This document shows, piece by piece, positions 1-8,981 of a stretch of DNA of 64,000 nt. How positions within the stretch are numbered: the stretch's first letter is position 1; every line of letters begins with the position of its first letter. A program made the position numbers and the translations under genes. Source of the DNA: Spirochaetia bacterium (GTDB lineage: Bacteria; Spirochaetota; Spirochaetia; SZUA-6; Bin103); the NCBI GenBank assembly GCA_965199955.1, contig CBDATQ010000002.1, positions 256,001 to 320,000 on the forward strand, written 5' to 3'. Below the pieces are notes generated by a model, which saw nothing but the letters and a program-made list of their open reading frames with translations, did not search any database and was not told the origin of the DNA.

Positions 1-325
1 GTGCCAGGATCTGCCGGAACTGCCAGGCGTTGTAGCGGACCACGGGCTCGCTGGTGCCGTCGACGGGCGGCTCGACGATGACGGTGGGCGTGCGGTGCCC
101 GCTCGCGGTCGGCCCGCCGGCGACCAGCCCCTGCATGTAATGGGCCAGGCCGGTGAGGTCGAAGCAGCCGTGCTCCATGCCGACGTTGAAATAGTCGGCC
201 CAGGTGTGCGCGTCCTGCATGCCCTGTTCGTGGGTCAGCACCGCGCCGGTGTGGCCGCCGATGTAGTAGACGGGCTGGTCGGCGGCCAGCAGCTCGATGG
301 CTCGGTTGATGCGGTGATCGCTCAT
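1..325 (-). CDS. HpcH/HpaI aldolase-family protein, N-terminal part (runs off window)
   Basis: Manual translation from ATG 325: MSDHRINRAIELLAADQPVYYIGG...WADYFNVGMEHGCFD...NAWQFRQILA. The MEHG motif fits HpcH aldolases. Not in the ORF track because it is open at the window edge. Confidence 0.7.
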   Translation of the reverse strand, partial: MSDHRINRAIELLAADQPVYYIGGHTGAVLTHEQGMQDAHTWADYFNVGMEHGCFDLTGLAHYMQGLVAGGPTASGHRTPTVIVEPPVDGTSEPVVRYNAWQFRQILA

Positions 326-332
326 ACGCTCG

Positions 333-1445
333 CTACGCCTCCGCGTCCATCTCCGCCAGCTCCACCCAGGTGCCGCGCTTCACCGACGCGACCGCCGCCT
401 CGGTGAATACCTGCGTGCGCCAGCCGTCGTACAGCCCCGGATGATCGCACTCGGCGCCCGCGGCGCGCTCGGCCAGCGCCGGCAGCACGAAGCTGGCCCA
501 GCGGTTGACCGGATCCTCCGGGATCTCCTCGACGCCGATCTCGCCGTCCGCGTCGACCAGGCTGACGGTATGGCGGATGCGGTCGATCGACACCGATGCC
601 TCGCTGCCGTGCAGCTCCACCTCCGGCGCCAGCCCCTTGCGCAGCACCGGTGCGTGCGACAGCAGCAACGCGCCGACGGCGCCGTTGTGGAACTCCCAGA
701 TGATCGCCGCATAGTCGTAGGCCGTGCCGGCGCGGGTGCGCGTGGCTGCGGACGTGGGGTTGGACGCTCCCCAATCGAGGGCCTCGGCCAGGTCGATCGG
801 CCCCAGATCGGGCTTGGGAGGTGTCAGCGTCCTGGCCTGCGTGACCACCCGCCGCGCCTCACAGCCGATCAGCCAGCGCACGGCGTCGTAGGCGTGCGAG
901 CCGACGTCGGCGACGCTGCCGGCGGTGGACAGGCTGGCGTCGTCCCGCCAGGTGAAGGGGATCGCCGCAGGGCGCGTGTTGTGCCAGCGGTACACGATCA
1001 CCTTCGGCTCGCCGAGCGTTCCGGCGTCGAGCAGCTCCTTGACGCGGCGGAACTTCGGCTCGTACCTCGTCCAGAACGGGACGTAGTGCGCCAGCCCGCT
1101 GTCGCGGTAGGCGCGCCAGATCTCGTACGCCTCGCCGACGTCGGCGCCCACCGGTTTGTCGCAGAACAGGTGCTTGCCCGCGGCGGCCGCGGCTAGGGCC
1201 GGTTCGCGGTGCAGGCGGTCGGGCGTCGTCACCACCACCAGGTCGACCTCCGGGTGGTCCACCACCTGCCGCCAGTCGTCGGTGATGAAGCTGCACCCGT
1301 CGGCCTGCGCCGCCGCCTGTAGCCGGTCGCGCCGGCGTGCGCACAGCGCGACGATGCGCGCGGCGTCGGGTGCGCCGCGTATCTCTTCCCGGTACGGGGT
1401 GCCGATGTAGCCGGTCGCCCCGATCACTCCGGCGTGAAACTTCAT
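333..1445 (-). CDS. Gfo/Idh/MocA family oxidoreductase
   Basis: GVIGATGYIG Rossmann motif, HLFCDKPV, DVGSHAYD; start MKFHAG overlaps the upstream stop (ATGA). Confidence 0.9.
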   Translation of the reverse strand: MKFHAGVIGATGYIGTPYREEIRGAPDAARIVALCARRRDRLQAAAQADGCSFITDDWRQVVDHPEVDLVVVTTPDRLHREPALAAAAAGKHLFCDKPVGADVGEAYEIWRAYRDSGLAHYVPFWTRYEPKFRRVKELLDAGTLGEPKVIVYRWHNTRPAAIPFTWRDDASLSTAGSVADVGSHAYDAVRWLIGCEARRVVTQARTLTPPKPDLGPIDLAEALDWGASNPTSAATRTRAGTAYDYAAIIWEFHNGAVGALLLSHAPVLRKGLAPEVELHGSEASVSIDRIRHTVSLVDADGEIGVEEIPEDPVNRWASFVLPALAERAAGAECDHPGLYDGWRTQVFTEAAVASVKRGTWVELAEMDAEA

Positions 1446-2197
1446 GGCGTCGGGTTCTCCTCGAGGTGCCGGCGGAACCAGGCCAGGCTGCCCCGCCACT
1501 GAGCGTCCTCGAACGCGTGGGCGACGCCGTCGCGCAGCACCGCCTCGATCCGCTCCGGGCAGCCGGCGTAGATCTCCCGGCGCAGGGCATCGACGAAGCG
1601 CACCGAGCCGTCGGGGGGCACCTGCCGGTCGAGCGCGCCGTTCTGGAAGCTGATCGCCGGCGTGTGCCGGTAGGCGTCCAGGTTGGTGAGCGGGTTGCGC
1701 CGCCGGTAGTCCTCCCGGGCTGCCGCGTCGGGCTCGCCGGGCGGCTCGAAGGAACCGGGGCGCAGCCAGTCGGGCGTGGCTATACCCGCCGCCACCGCCT
1801 GGATGCGGTGATCGAGGGCGGCGGCCGCCACCGAGGCGTCGCCGCCGGCCGAGATGCCGCCCATGCCGACCCGCCCGTCCACGCCGAGCCGCTCGACGGC
1901 CCAGTCGATCACCTGCGTCACGTCCTCGGCGGTGCGCGCCAGGATCGGCCAGAAGTGGCGGCGGATGTTGCCCTTGATGCGGGCGCGCAGCTCGTCGAGC
2001 GCCTCCACCATGCGCTCACCGTGCTGGTGCGGATCGTACGCGAGCGCCACGAAACCCGCGGCGGCGAGGTCCGCCAGGTAGGGCTCCATCTTCTCCTTGC
2101 TGCCGCTGAATCCCGGCAGCCAGATCACCAGCGTCCGCTGCGTCCGCTCCGGCTCGATCCATGCGACGGGGACATCGCCCGCCCGGTCCTTCCGCAT
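1442..2197 (-). CDS. Alpha/beta hydrolase (esterase/peptidase S9-like)
   Basis: GGISAGG nucleophile elbow, NGALDRQVP acid, VAH histidine. Confidence 0.85.
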   Translation of the reverse strand: MRKDRAGDVPVAWIEPERTQRTLVIWLPGFSGSKEKMEPYLADLAAAGFVALAYDPHQHGERMVEALDELRARIKGNIRRHFWPILARTAEDVTQVIDWAVERLGVDGRVGMGGISAGGDASVAAAALDHRIQAVAAGIATPDWLRPGSFEPPGEPDAAAREDYRRRNPLTNLDAYRHTPAISFQNGALDRQVPPDGSVRFVDALRREIYAGCPERIEAVLRDGVAHAFEDAQWRGSLAWFRRHLEENPTP

Positions 2198-2213
2198 CCG
2201 CGCCAGCTTATCA
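2198..2213 (-). promoter_or_regulatory. Extended -10 promoter, probably leaderless
   Basis: TGA-TAAGCT, 7 nt, then ATG 2197; no Shine-Dalgarno. Confidence 0.5.
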
Positions 2214-2248
2214 CCGCGGGCCGTCGATCCCCGGGGCGTGCTCGCCGG

Positions 2249-2563
2249 TCAGCCCAGGTCGAGCGCGAAGCGAACCGCGGTCGCGACCTGATCCATCACT
2301 CCCGGCGAGAGCGTCGTGATCAGGGCACCGAGCTTGCCCCGCTGCACGGTCTGCACGTGGTCACAGTTCACGGCACACTCGCGCGGCAGTCCGTCCTCCA
2401 CGGAGAGGAGCACCTCGCTCGGAATGTCGCGGATCCGGGTGGTGACGGGTGCCACGGTCACCTCCCCCAGGAACGGGATGATCGAGTCGCGGGTCAGGAC
2501 CAGAACGGGGCGCCGCTTGTCCGGCGAAGCGAATCGATACCAGCGAACTTCCGCGCGCTTCAC
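2249..2563 (-). CDS. mazF: PemK/MazF family endoribonuclease toxin
   Basis: VKRAEVRWYRFASPDKRRPVLVLTRD...VTVAPVTT...VNCDHVQTV; GTG start at 2563, 104 aa. Confidence 0.9.
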   Translation of the reverse strand: MKRAEVRWYRFASPDKRRPVLVLTRDSIIPFLGEVTVAPVTTRIRDIPSEVLLSVEDGLPRECAVNCDHVQTVQRGKLGALITTLSPGVMDQVATAVRFALDLG

Positions 2564-2585
2564 CGTCAGCCTTCGGCAGAGCCGG

Positions 2586-2837
2586 TCATTCGCTGTCGTT
2601 CCATGGCTCGTCACCCCACGCCCGGTCCCCTTCGGGAACGTCGAATTCTCCGGGTGACGTCCGGTGCCTCCGGTACCCGGCGACATGGCGTGCCTCGAGC
2701 TCCGCTTCCTCGTGGCGCTGCAGCGCCGAACGGAGCGCGTCGCGCGTGAACGACGACCTGGTGGTACGGAGCTTCCTGGCGACTTGGTCGACCTTGGCAA
2801 GCAACTCGGCATCCATCGTCATCTGTACGGTCGGCAT
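2586..2837 (-). CDS. Ribbon-helix-helix antitoxin (MazE/CopG-like)
   Basis: MPTVQMTMDAELLAKVDQVARKLRTTRSSFTRDAL RHH pattern, acidic C-terminus, directly upstream of the toxin. Confidence 0.85.
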   Translation of the reverse strand: MPTVQMTMDAELLAKVDQVARKLRTTRSSFTRDALRSALQRHEEAELEARHVAGYRRHRTSPGEFDVPEGDRAWGDEPWNDSE

Positions 2838-2874
2838 AGCTATGATGCTAGCTATAGTAATCGCTACGCTGCAA
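2835..2874 (-). promoter_or_regulatory. Sigma70-type promoter and putative operator of the TA operon
   Basis: TTGCAG (2874-2869), 18 nt, TAGCAT (2850-2845), 7 nt, ATG; perfect palindrome CATAGCTATG at 2835-2844. Confidence 0.6.
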
Positions 2875-2944
2875 GCGCGCGCACGTCAGCGTGCCGGCTA
2901 TCCGTCGACCTGCGCTTCCGCGCACAATCGAATCGGAGGCACTG

Positions 2945-3728
2945 ATGGCGACGCGCATGCAGCCGGCCGGCCTGGACCTGGTGGACGAGAGCGCCCCCGA
3001 CTCGCAGCGGGTGGCCGTGCTGGAGGCGCCGTACCGGATCACCACGGCCCGCGCGCGGATCCCCGAACCGGGCGACGACGAGGTGCGGGTCAAGGTCAGG
3101 TGGGTCGGCGTGTGCGGCTCCGACGTCGAGGTGTATCGCGGCACCCGCAGGCCCGAGTGGCTGTCCCTGCCCGCGCGGCTCGGCCACGAGGTGGCGGGCG
3201 TGATCGACAAGCTGGGCGCGCACGTGCGCGGCCTGGCCGTCGGCGGCCCGGTGATCTGCCGCTACATCTGGGGCGGCTTCGCCGAGTACGTGGTCTGCCG
3301 GCCCTTCAACGTGATGAAGCTGCCGCCGGGGTTCCCGCTCAAGGAGGCCAGCCTGATCGAGATCCTGCCCGGCATCCTGCACGCGGCCGAGCTGTCGCGC
3401 ATCGATCCGGGCACGAACGTGCTGATCATGGGCCAGGGCGTCAGCGGCCTGACCCTGACCCAGGTGATCTCCCTGTTCAGCCCCGGGAACCTGGCCGTGA
3501 CCGATCTCAAGGAGCGCAACCTGGAGCTGGCACGACGGTACGGGGCGACGCACGCCTACCGGCTGCCGACGCCGCAGACACCGACCATGGAGGTGGCAGG
3601 CGAGGACTTCCCGGCAGGGTTCGACGTCGTCATCCGTGCCTGATCATCCACACCACGGAGCCGCGGCGCGACATCGACATGCGGCGCTTCTTTCAGGAGG
3701 GCGTGCAGCTCGTGATGGACGGCCTGGA
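2945..3728 (+). pseudogene. Zinc-binding (MDR) dehydrogenase, frameshifted and 3'-truncated
   Basis: GVCGSD, RLGHE, GQGVSG motifs. The frame ends at FDVVIRA*, another frame continues PCLIIHTTEPRRDIDMRRFFQEGVQLVMDGL and runs into the convergent DUF4276 gene. Confidence 0.7.
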
Positions 3729-4343
3729 TTACGAAGTTGCGAGGATCTTCCCAAGATCATCAAACAGCCGCTTGCAGTGCCCGCATCGAGAGGTCACCGC
3801 CGAGACATCGATCCGCTTCAGCAGGTCGCTCGCGTGCTTGATCTTGTGGTAACGGCCCTTGCCGGTGGCCTGCGTCGCTTGGCGCAGGCCGCGCTCCAGG
3901 TCTTGCTTGGACACTTCTTCGAGGTTCCGTGTCTTCGGCAACGCGGCGAGCCGAAAGCCCTGCCCGTAGTACCTCGCGAGCGCCGACGGATCCGCGACGA
4001 TCCACGCCTCCATCGCCTGCACCATGAGATGTATCCGGTCCTCGGTTATCGTACGAAGGTCCCATCCGTCGCGACTCCGCAGGTGATCACGGGCGGGCTG
4101 TTTCATCGGTCCTTCGGCGTCTACCAGCAGTATGCATACGCTGCCGTCGCCGTGATCAAGGGCATTCCGAAAGCCACGATGGGCTTCGTTGCGCGATCCG
4201 CAGCAGACCAGCCTCCAGCGCCAGGATTTGTCGCGGGCCGCTTGTTTGAGCGGCTCAAGGAACGTGTCCATGCCCTGACGGAGGGCTGCTCTGGCGGACG
4301 CTCCGTCTCCACCGCCTTCCATGTAGACGGCAACGCCGCTCAC
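3729..4343 (-). CDS. DUF4276 family (RloB/TOPRIM-like) protein
   Basis: VYMEGGGD, LLVDAEGP, MVQAMEAWIVAD, YHKIKHASDLL; GTG start overlaps the ATPase stop (GTGA). Confidence 0.8.
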   Translation of the reverse strand: MSGVAVYMEGGGDGASARAALRQGMDTFLEPLKQAARDKSWRWRLVCCGSRNEAHRGFRNALDHGDGSVCILLVDAEGPMKQPARDHLRSRDGWDLRTITEDRIHLMVQAMEAWIVADPSALARYYGQGFRLAALPKTRNLEEVSKQDLERGLRQATQATGKGRYHKIKHASDLLKRIDVSAVTSRCGHCKRLFDDLGKILATS

Positions 4344-5521
4344 GGGTTGGCCCCGAGCTCGCCCATGCGCCACAGATCGCCCAGACGATATTCGTCTAAC
4401 CACTTCACCAGCTTCTCGGGCTCCAGACGACGCAACACGGTGCGCGGTCCGATGCGTTCGCAGGCGACGATGGCATCCGGATGGCTGGTCAGTGCGGATA
4501 CCAGGGCGTCGGAGTGTGTCGTGACCACGAGTTGCATCCTCTCCGAGGCTTCAACCAGCAGGCTGGCGAGCAGAGCAACCGCGTCCGGATGCAATCCAAG
4601 CTCCGGTTCCTCGATGCATACAAGCGGTGGCGGCGACGGGGATAGTAGTGTCGCGAGCAGCGCAACGAATCGGATGGTCCCATCGGACAGTCGAGTTGCC
4701 GGGATCGGCGTACCGAAGCCTGATTCATGCAGGTAGAATTGCACCGTACCGCCGGACACCTTGGTCGACATTCTCTCGAAACGTGGGAAGAATTGCCTTA
4801 GCAGATCGTCCATCCGTGTGTCACCGAGATGTTGAATCTGATTCAGCACCAAGGCCAAGTTGCGGCTATCCGGGAGCAAGTCGTCTTCCGGAAGGTCGGC
4901 TGGTTGTGGCTCGCGAAGCGGAACATAGCGACCGAACGTCCATTCGCGAAAGGTGCGGATGGCCCCGAACGTCTTGCCTGCCCACGTGACTTCAGGGTAC
5001 TCATCGGGATCCTTTCGCTGCGCCAATACCGACTGGTCTGGAAGCAAGTCCTGGCGCTGAAGGCGTCTCTGGAGTATTTCGCCCACGGGATCCTTGATAT
5101 TGAGGACCGGGTACCCGCGCTGAAAGCGGTAATAGAAGTACACGTCGGGCTTACCCGGCGCCGGCTCCAGCTCCTCTATGGATTCGTCCACGATCTCCAG
5201 GCGGCTTTGAACCGGGGTGAACACGAGCCTGTATCTCAATGGCCGGCCTGTTGGCGTGCCTTCCGACAGCACCGCCTCAATCTGAGCAGACTCCGGCCGG
5301 GATCCGCCTTTCCACAGCCATTCCGCAGGACCTCCGCCATCCCGCACCGTCGCTGCAAGGTCGCGCGGAGTAGATGACAGGAGCTCCAGCGCCTCGATCA
5401 GGTTCGACTTTCCGGACCCGTTTGGTCCGATCAGCACGTTCAGCGCACGTAGCTCAATCGCTGGGGAACGGGGCGGGAACGACAGAAAGCCGTCAAGTCG
5501 CAGCTCCCGTATGGTTCTCAC
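4340..5521 (-). CDS. Soluble ABC-type ATPase (AAA_21/AAA_15-like)
   Basis: Walker A GPNGSGKS, signature LSDGT, Walker B/D-loop IEEPELGLHP, H-loop TTHS; no transmembrane partner gene. Confidence 0.9.
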   Translation of the reverse strand: MRTIRELRLDGFLSFPPRSPAIELRALNVLIGPNGSGKSNLIEALELLSSTPRDLAATVRDGGGPAEWLWKGGSRPESAQIEAVLSEGTPTGRPLRYRLVFTPVQSRLEIVDESIEELEPAPGKPDVYFYYRFQRGYPVLNIKDPVGEILQRRLQRQDLLPDQSVLAQRKDPDEYPEVTWAGKTFGAIRTFREWTFGRYVPLREPQPADLPEDDLLPDSRNLALVLNQIQHLGDTRMDDLLRQFFPRFERMSTKVSGGTVQFYLHESGFGTPIPATRLSDGTIRFVALLATLLSPSPPPLVCIEEPELGLHPDAVALLASLLVEASERMQLVVTTHSDALVSALTSHPDAIVACERIGPRTVLRRLEPEKLVKWLDEYRLGDLWRMGELGANP

Positions 5522-5600
5522 GGCCGTCGCTCAGATAGTGGCACATTCGTTCCTCCAGCGCTACCGCGGGCCCATGGTGAACCGCTGTTTCACGCTCCCG

Positions 5601-6494
5601 CTACGGTCCCAGGCGGCGGATCGGGTTGTAGCCGAAGGCGCGCCGCGCCCGGTCGATGGACAGCAGCGACGCGCGGCCTTCCAGCGGAGGGTCGACCGTC
5701 GCGGCCAGGTCAGGCCGGAAGCGGGCCAGCAGCTCCATGGTCGGCTCCGGACACTGGGTGTCCCCGGCGGCCAGCGTGTAGACGCCGATGCCGGGAATGT
5801 CCGGAGCCTCCAGCGCCAGCGTCAGGCCGCGCACGACGTCGTCCACGTGCACCCACTGGTAGAGCAGGTCCGACCACGCCTGCGTGGGCGGCGGGCCCTC
5901 GGCGAGCTTCTCCCGGTAGCGCTCCTCCGACCAGACGCCGGCGAAGCGGAAGGCCGCCGTGGTCATGCCGTAGGCGCGGTGGTAGGCGGCGCAGGTCTTC
6001 TCGTTGACCAGCTTGCTCAGGCTGTACGGGTCCTCCGGGACGGGATCGAAGTCCTCGTCCAGGGGCATCTTCGTGTAGGGGACGGGCCGGCCGCCGAGAC
6101 GCCAGTGGAAGGTGCCGAAGGCGTTGATGCTCGACGCGCAGAAGAAGCGCCGGACGCCGGCGCGCCGCGCCGTGTCGATGGCCACGAAGGTGCCCAGCGC
6201 GTTGTCGCGGAAGGTCGCCACCCCTATCTCCGGCAGGCCGCGCGGCTCTCCCGCCAGGTGGATGACCGCGTCCATGCCGTCCATGGCCGCCAGCATCGCT
6301 GCCTCGTCGGTGATGTGGGCCTGCACGAACGGCCAGTCGGTCGCGAACGGCGCGACCAGCCGGGTGGTGCCCGCGAACATCGTCGCCTCCTCGGGCCGGG
6401 CTTGATCGAGCAGGCGCAGCTCGTGGTCCGGCTCCAGCTCGCGCATCAGGTTGCGGCCGATGAAGCCGGTGGCGCCCGTGATCAGGACCTTCAT
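5601..6494 (-). CDS. NAD-dependent epimerase/dehydratase
   Basis: MKVLITGATGFIG, ASS, YSLSK (YxxxK); ATGA overlap with the upstream gene. Confidence 0.9.
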   Translation of the reverse strand: MKVLITGATGFIGRNLMRELEPDHELRLLDQARPEEATMFAGTTRLVAPFATDWPFVQAHITDEAAMLAAMDGMDAVIHLAGEPRGLPEIGVATFRDNALGTFVAIDTARRAGVRRFFCASSINAFGTFHWRLGGRPVPYTKMPLDEDFDPVPEDPYSLSKLVNEKTCAAYHRAYGMTTAAFRFAGVWSEERYREKLAEGPPPTQAWSDLLYQWVHVDDVVRGLTLALEAPDIPGIGVYTLAAGDTQCPEPTMELLARFRPDLAATVDPPLEGRASLLSIDRARRAFGYNPIRRLGP

Positions 6495-7492
6495 GCGGCG
6501 CGCTCCCAATCCAGGGTGATGCCCAGGAACGGCTCCGCCTTGGCGGCGATCATGCGGTACATCTCCGGCGCCCGCGAGGCGGGGACCAGGTGGGTGACCA
6601 GGGGCTCCAGGCTGATGAGCCCGCGCGCCATCAGGTCCAGCGTCGCCTCCATGCGCGGCCGCGTCCAGCCGGAGACGAAGTGCGCCGTCAGCTCGTGCTG
6701 CTGCAGCAGCGCCATGTCCGCCCACGTCGTCCCCGGCGTGAAGCCGCAGTAGACGATCTGCCCCTCGCCGCGCGCCAGCAGCGGTGTGTACTGTCGCTGC
6801 GCATCCTCGCTCTGCACGGAATCCAGGACCGCCGTGACGTGCTCGCTCCCCGCGTGGCGGCGGACCGCCTCGACCACCTCCCCGCCGTGGCCGTTCACGA
6901 CCGTGTCCGCGCAGTGCGCGGCGGCCAGCTCCAGCCGCTCGGCGCGGTGGCCGACCAGGGTCACGCGGGCGCCGCGCGCGCGGGCGGCCTGCGCCGCGCA
7001 CTGCCCGATCAGTCCGTCGCCGTACACCACCACCGGGTCTCCCGGCTCGATGCGGGCGCGACTGGCGGCGTTGTAGCCGACCTGCGCCACCACCAGCCCC
7101 GAGGCATCGACGTCGCCCACCCCGCCGGGCAGGGCGAAGAGCTCCGAGGCCAGCGTGTTGCCGACGGCGGCGTGCGCCCCGGACCGCGCCGCCGGGCTGC
7201 CGGGCCAGTCGCTGCGGGTCGCCATCACGCGCTCCCCGACCGACCAGCCGCCGACGCCCGGCCCCAGCGCCTCGACGGTGCCGACCCGCTGGTAGCCGGG
7301 CACGCAGGGGTAGCAGGTGGGGTTCCAGGTGAAGCGGTCGTGCAGGATCCACCCCTCGGTCCCCGCGCTGATGGAGGAGAGGCGGGTGCGCACCCGCACC
7401 TGTCCAGGCTCGGGATCGCTCACCTCGATCTTCTCGAATGCCGCCCTGCCCACGTCGACGAAGACCGCCGCCTCGGTCTCTGCCACCTTCAT
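6491..7492 (-). CDS. Zinc-binding dehydrogenase-like MDR oxidoreductase
   Basis: SSISAGTE, PGYQRVG, GDGLIG; AGGAGG before ATG 7492. Confidence 0.85.
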   Translation of the reverse strand: MKVAETEAAVFVDVGRAAFEKIEVSDPEPGQVRVRTRLSSISAGTEGWILHDRFTWNPTCYPCVPGYQRVGTVEALGPGVGGWSVGERVMATRSDWPGSPAARSGAHAAVGNTLASELFALPGGVGDVDASGLVVAQVGYNAASRARIEPGDPVVVYGDGLIGQCAAQAARARGARVTLVGHRAERLELAAAHCADTVVNGHGGEVVEAVRRHAGSEHVTAVLDSVQSEDAQRQYTPLLARGEGQIVYCGFTPGTTWADMALLQQHELTAHFVSGWTRPRMEATLDLMARGLISLEPLVTHLVPASRAPEMYRMIAAKAEPFLGITLDWERAA

Positions 7493-7557
7493 CCTCCTTG
7501 CCGGCGCCGCTCTGAGCGACAGTGGAGTCCCACGCCCGTTTCTGGTAGGCATGGGAC

Positions 7558-8649
7558 ATGAACCGTCAGGAGATCCGCTACTCGACGATCGCGAAGTCCG
7601 GGCCGGCGAACCCGCGCAACGATACCGCGAGCGTGATCGAGCTGCACGACGGCGAGCTGCTGGTGCTCTGGCACAAGTACGAGGCGTCCGCCGACGAGGG
7701 CGCCGACCTCGCCCCCTGCCGGATCCACGCCAAGACCTCCGCAGACCAGGGGCTCACCTGGGGCGGCGAGCGCATGATCGTCGACATCCCGCCGGGCGAC
7801 ATGAACGTGCACTCGCCGGCGGTCGCGCGGCTGCCGACGGGCGAGCTCCTCATGATCTGCCTGCGCGCCCACTCGGAGAGCAGCACGACCATGTGCACGT
7901 ACCGGTCCGAGGACGAAGGGCAGACCTTCACGCAGATCGGCACCGTGTGGGAACGCTCGCCGGGCCAGTGGCTGCAGGGCGGCGCGGTCGACATCGTCGT
8001 CCTCTCCTCCGGACGGCTGCTCGTGCCCTGCCACGGCGGTACGGGCGGCCAGTTCAGCCAGCACAACAGCGCGTGGTGCTGGATCAGCGAGGACGACGGC
8101 AGAAGCTGGGCGCGCTCGCGCGGCACGGTGGACCTGCCGCTGCGCGGCGCCATGGAGGCATCCCTGGCCGAGGTCGACAGCGGCCGGATCTACATGTCGC
8201 TCCGGACCCAGTTGGGGTCCGTATTCCTGTCCTACTCCGACGACGGCGGCGACACCTGGTCGCTGCCGCAGACCACCGGACTGAAGGCCCCGGAATCGGG
8301 CACCTGCCTGAGCCGGATCCCCGGCACCGACACACTCCTCCTCATCTGGAACGACAGCATCTATGAGCCTGCGCACCACCACTTCGGCCGCCGGCGCCCG
8401 CTGTCGATGGCCGTCTCCACCGACGAGTGCCGGAGCTGGCGACGCATCGGCGACATCGCCGGCGGCGAGTATGAGCTGACCAACATCGGCTGCACGTTCA
8501 CCAGCGCCGGCAACGCGGTGGTGACCTACCTGCAGGTCGAGGACCGGGACTGGAAACGCTTCATCAGAACCGGCATCGACCTCCAGGCCGCCATCGTTCC
8601 CGTGCCGATGATTCTGGACGGCGACCGTGTACAGCGAGATCGAGCTTAG
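7558..8649 (+). CDS. Sialidase-like BNR/Asp-box beta-propeller protein
   Basis: Five Asp boxes: SADQGLTW, SEDEGQTF, SEDDGRSW, SDDGGDTW, STDECRSW; no signal peptide. Confidence 0.85.
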   Translation: MNRQEIRYSTIAKSGPANPRNDTASVIELHDGELLVLWHKYEASADEGADLAPCRIHAKTSADQGLTWGGERMIVDIPPGDMNVHSPAVARLPTGELLMICLRAHSESSTTMCTYRSEDEGQTFTQIGTVWERSPGQWLQGGAVDIVVLSSGRLLVPCHGGTGGQFSQHNSAWCWISEDDGRSWARSRGTVDLPLRGAMEASLAEVDSGRIYMSLRTQLGSVFLSYSDDGGDTWSLPQTTGLKAPESGTCLSRIPGTDTLLLIWNDSIYEPAHHHFGRRRPLSMAVSTDECRSWRRIGDIAGGEYELTNIGCTFTSAGNAVVTYLQVEDRDWKRFIRTGIDLQAAIVPVPMILDGDRVQRDRA

Positions 8650-8772
8650 ATCGATCGCCGCTCAAGCAACCCCTGAAGCGCCCGCCGTGTTCCGGTCGAA
8701 GTCTGACTCCGCGAGTGCCCGGATCGCGGGCAGGTGGTCGGGATAGTGTTTGAATGTATTTCCGGCGATCAC

Positions 8773-8946
8773 CTACCACGGAACCCATTCGCCGGGCATG
8801 CGCTCGAAGTACGTGGCGTCGACGTACCCGTCCTCCGGGAGCAGTTCCAACTGCTCGATCAATGCCGCGAATGTCCGGTCATCCCACGCACGCACTTCTT
8901 GCAGCGTGAGGTCCTTGATCCTCGAAATCACCTCACGCTTGTTCAT
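8773..8946 (-). CDS. Small hypothetical protein (57 aa)
   Basis: Manual translation MNKREVISRIKDLTLQEVRAWDDRTFAALIEQLELLPEDGYVDATYFERMPGEWVPW*; below the ORF-track cutoff, protein-like composition. Confidence 0.4.
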   Translation of the reverse strand: MNKREVISRIKDLTLQEVRAWDDRTFAALIEQLELLPEDGYVDATYFERMPGEWVPW

Positions 8947-8981
8947 TTATCCGGGTGCTTCCGATCGGCATCTCATTCCCG

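Noticed and set aside
5601..7559. Apparent large fusions in the ORF track (652 aa here; also 874 aa at 26517, 623 aa at 12958, 665 aa at 49868)
   Set aside because: The N-terminal extensions are Arg/Gly/Pro-rich off-frame read-through of neighbouring genes; the true starts are internal.
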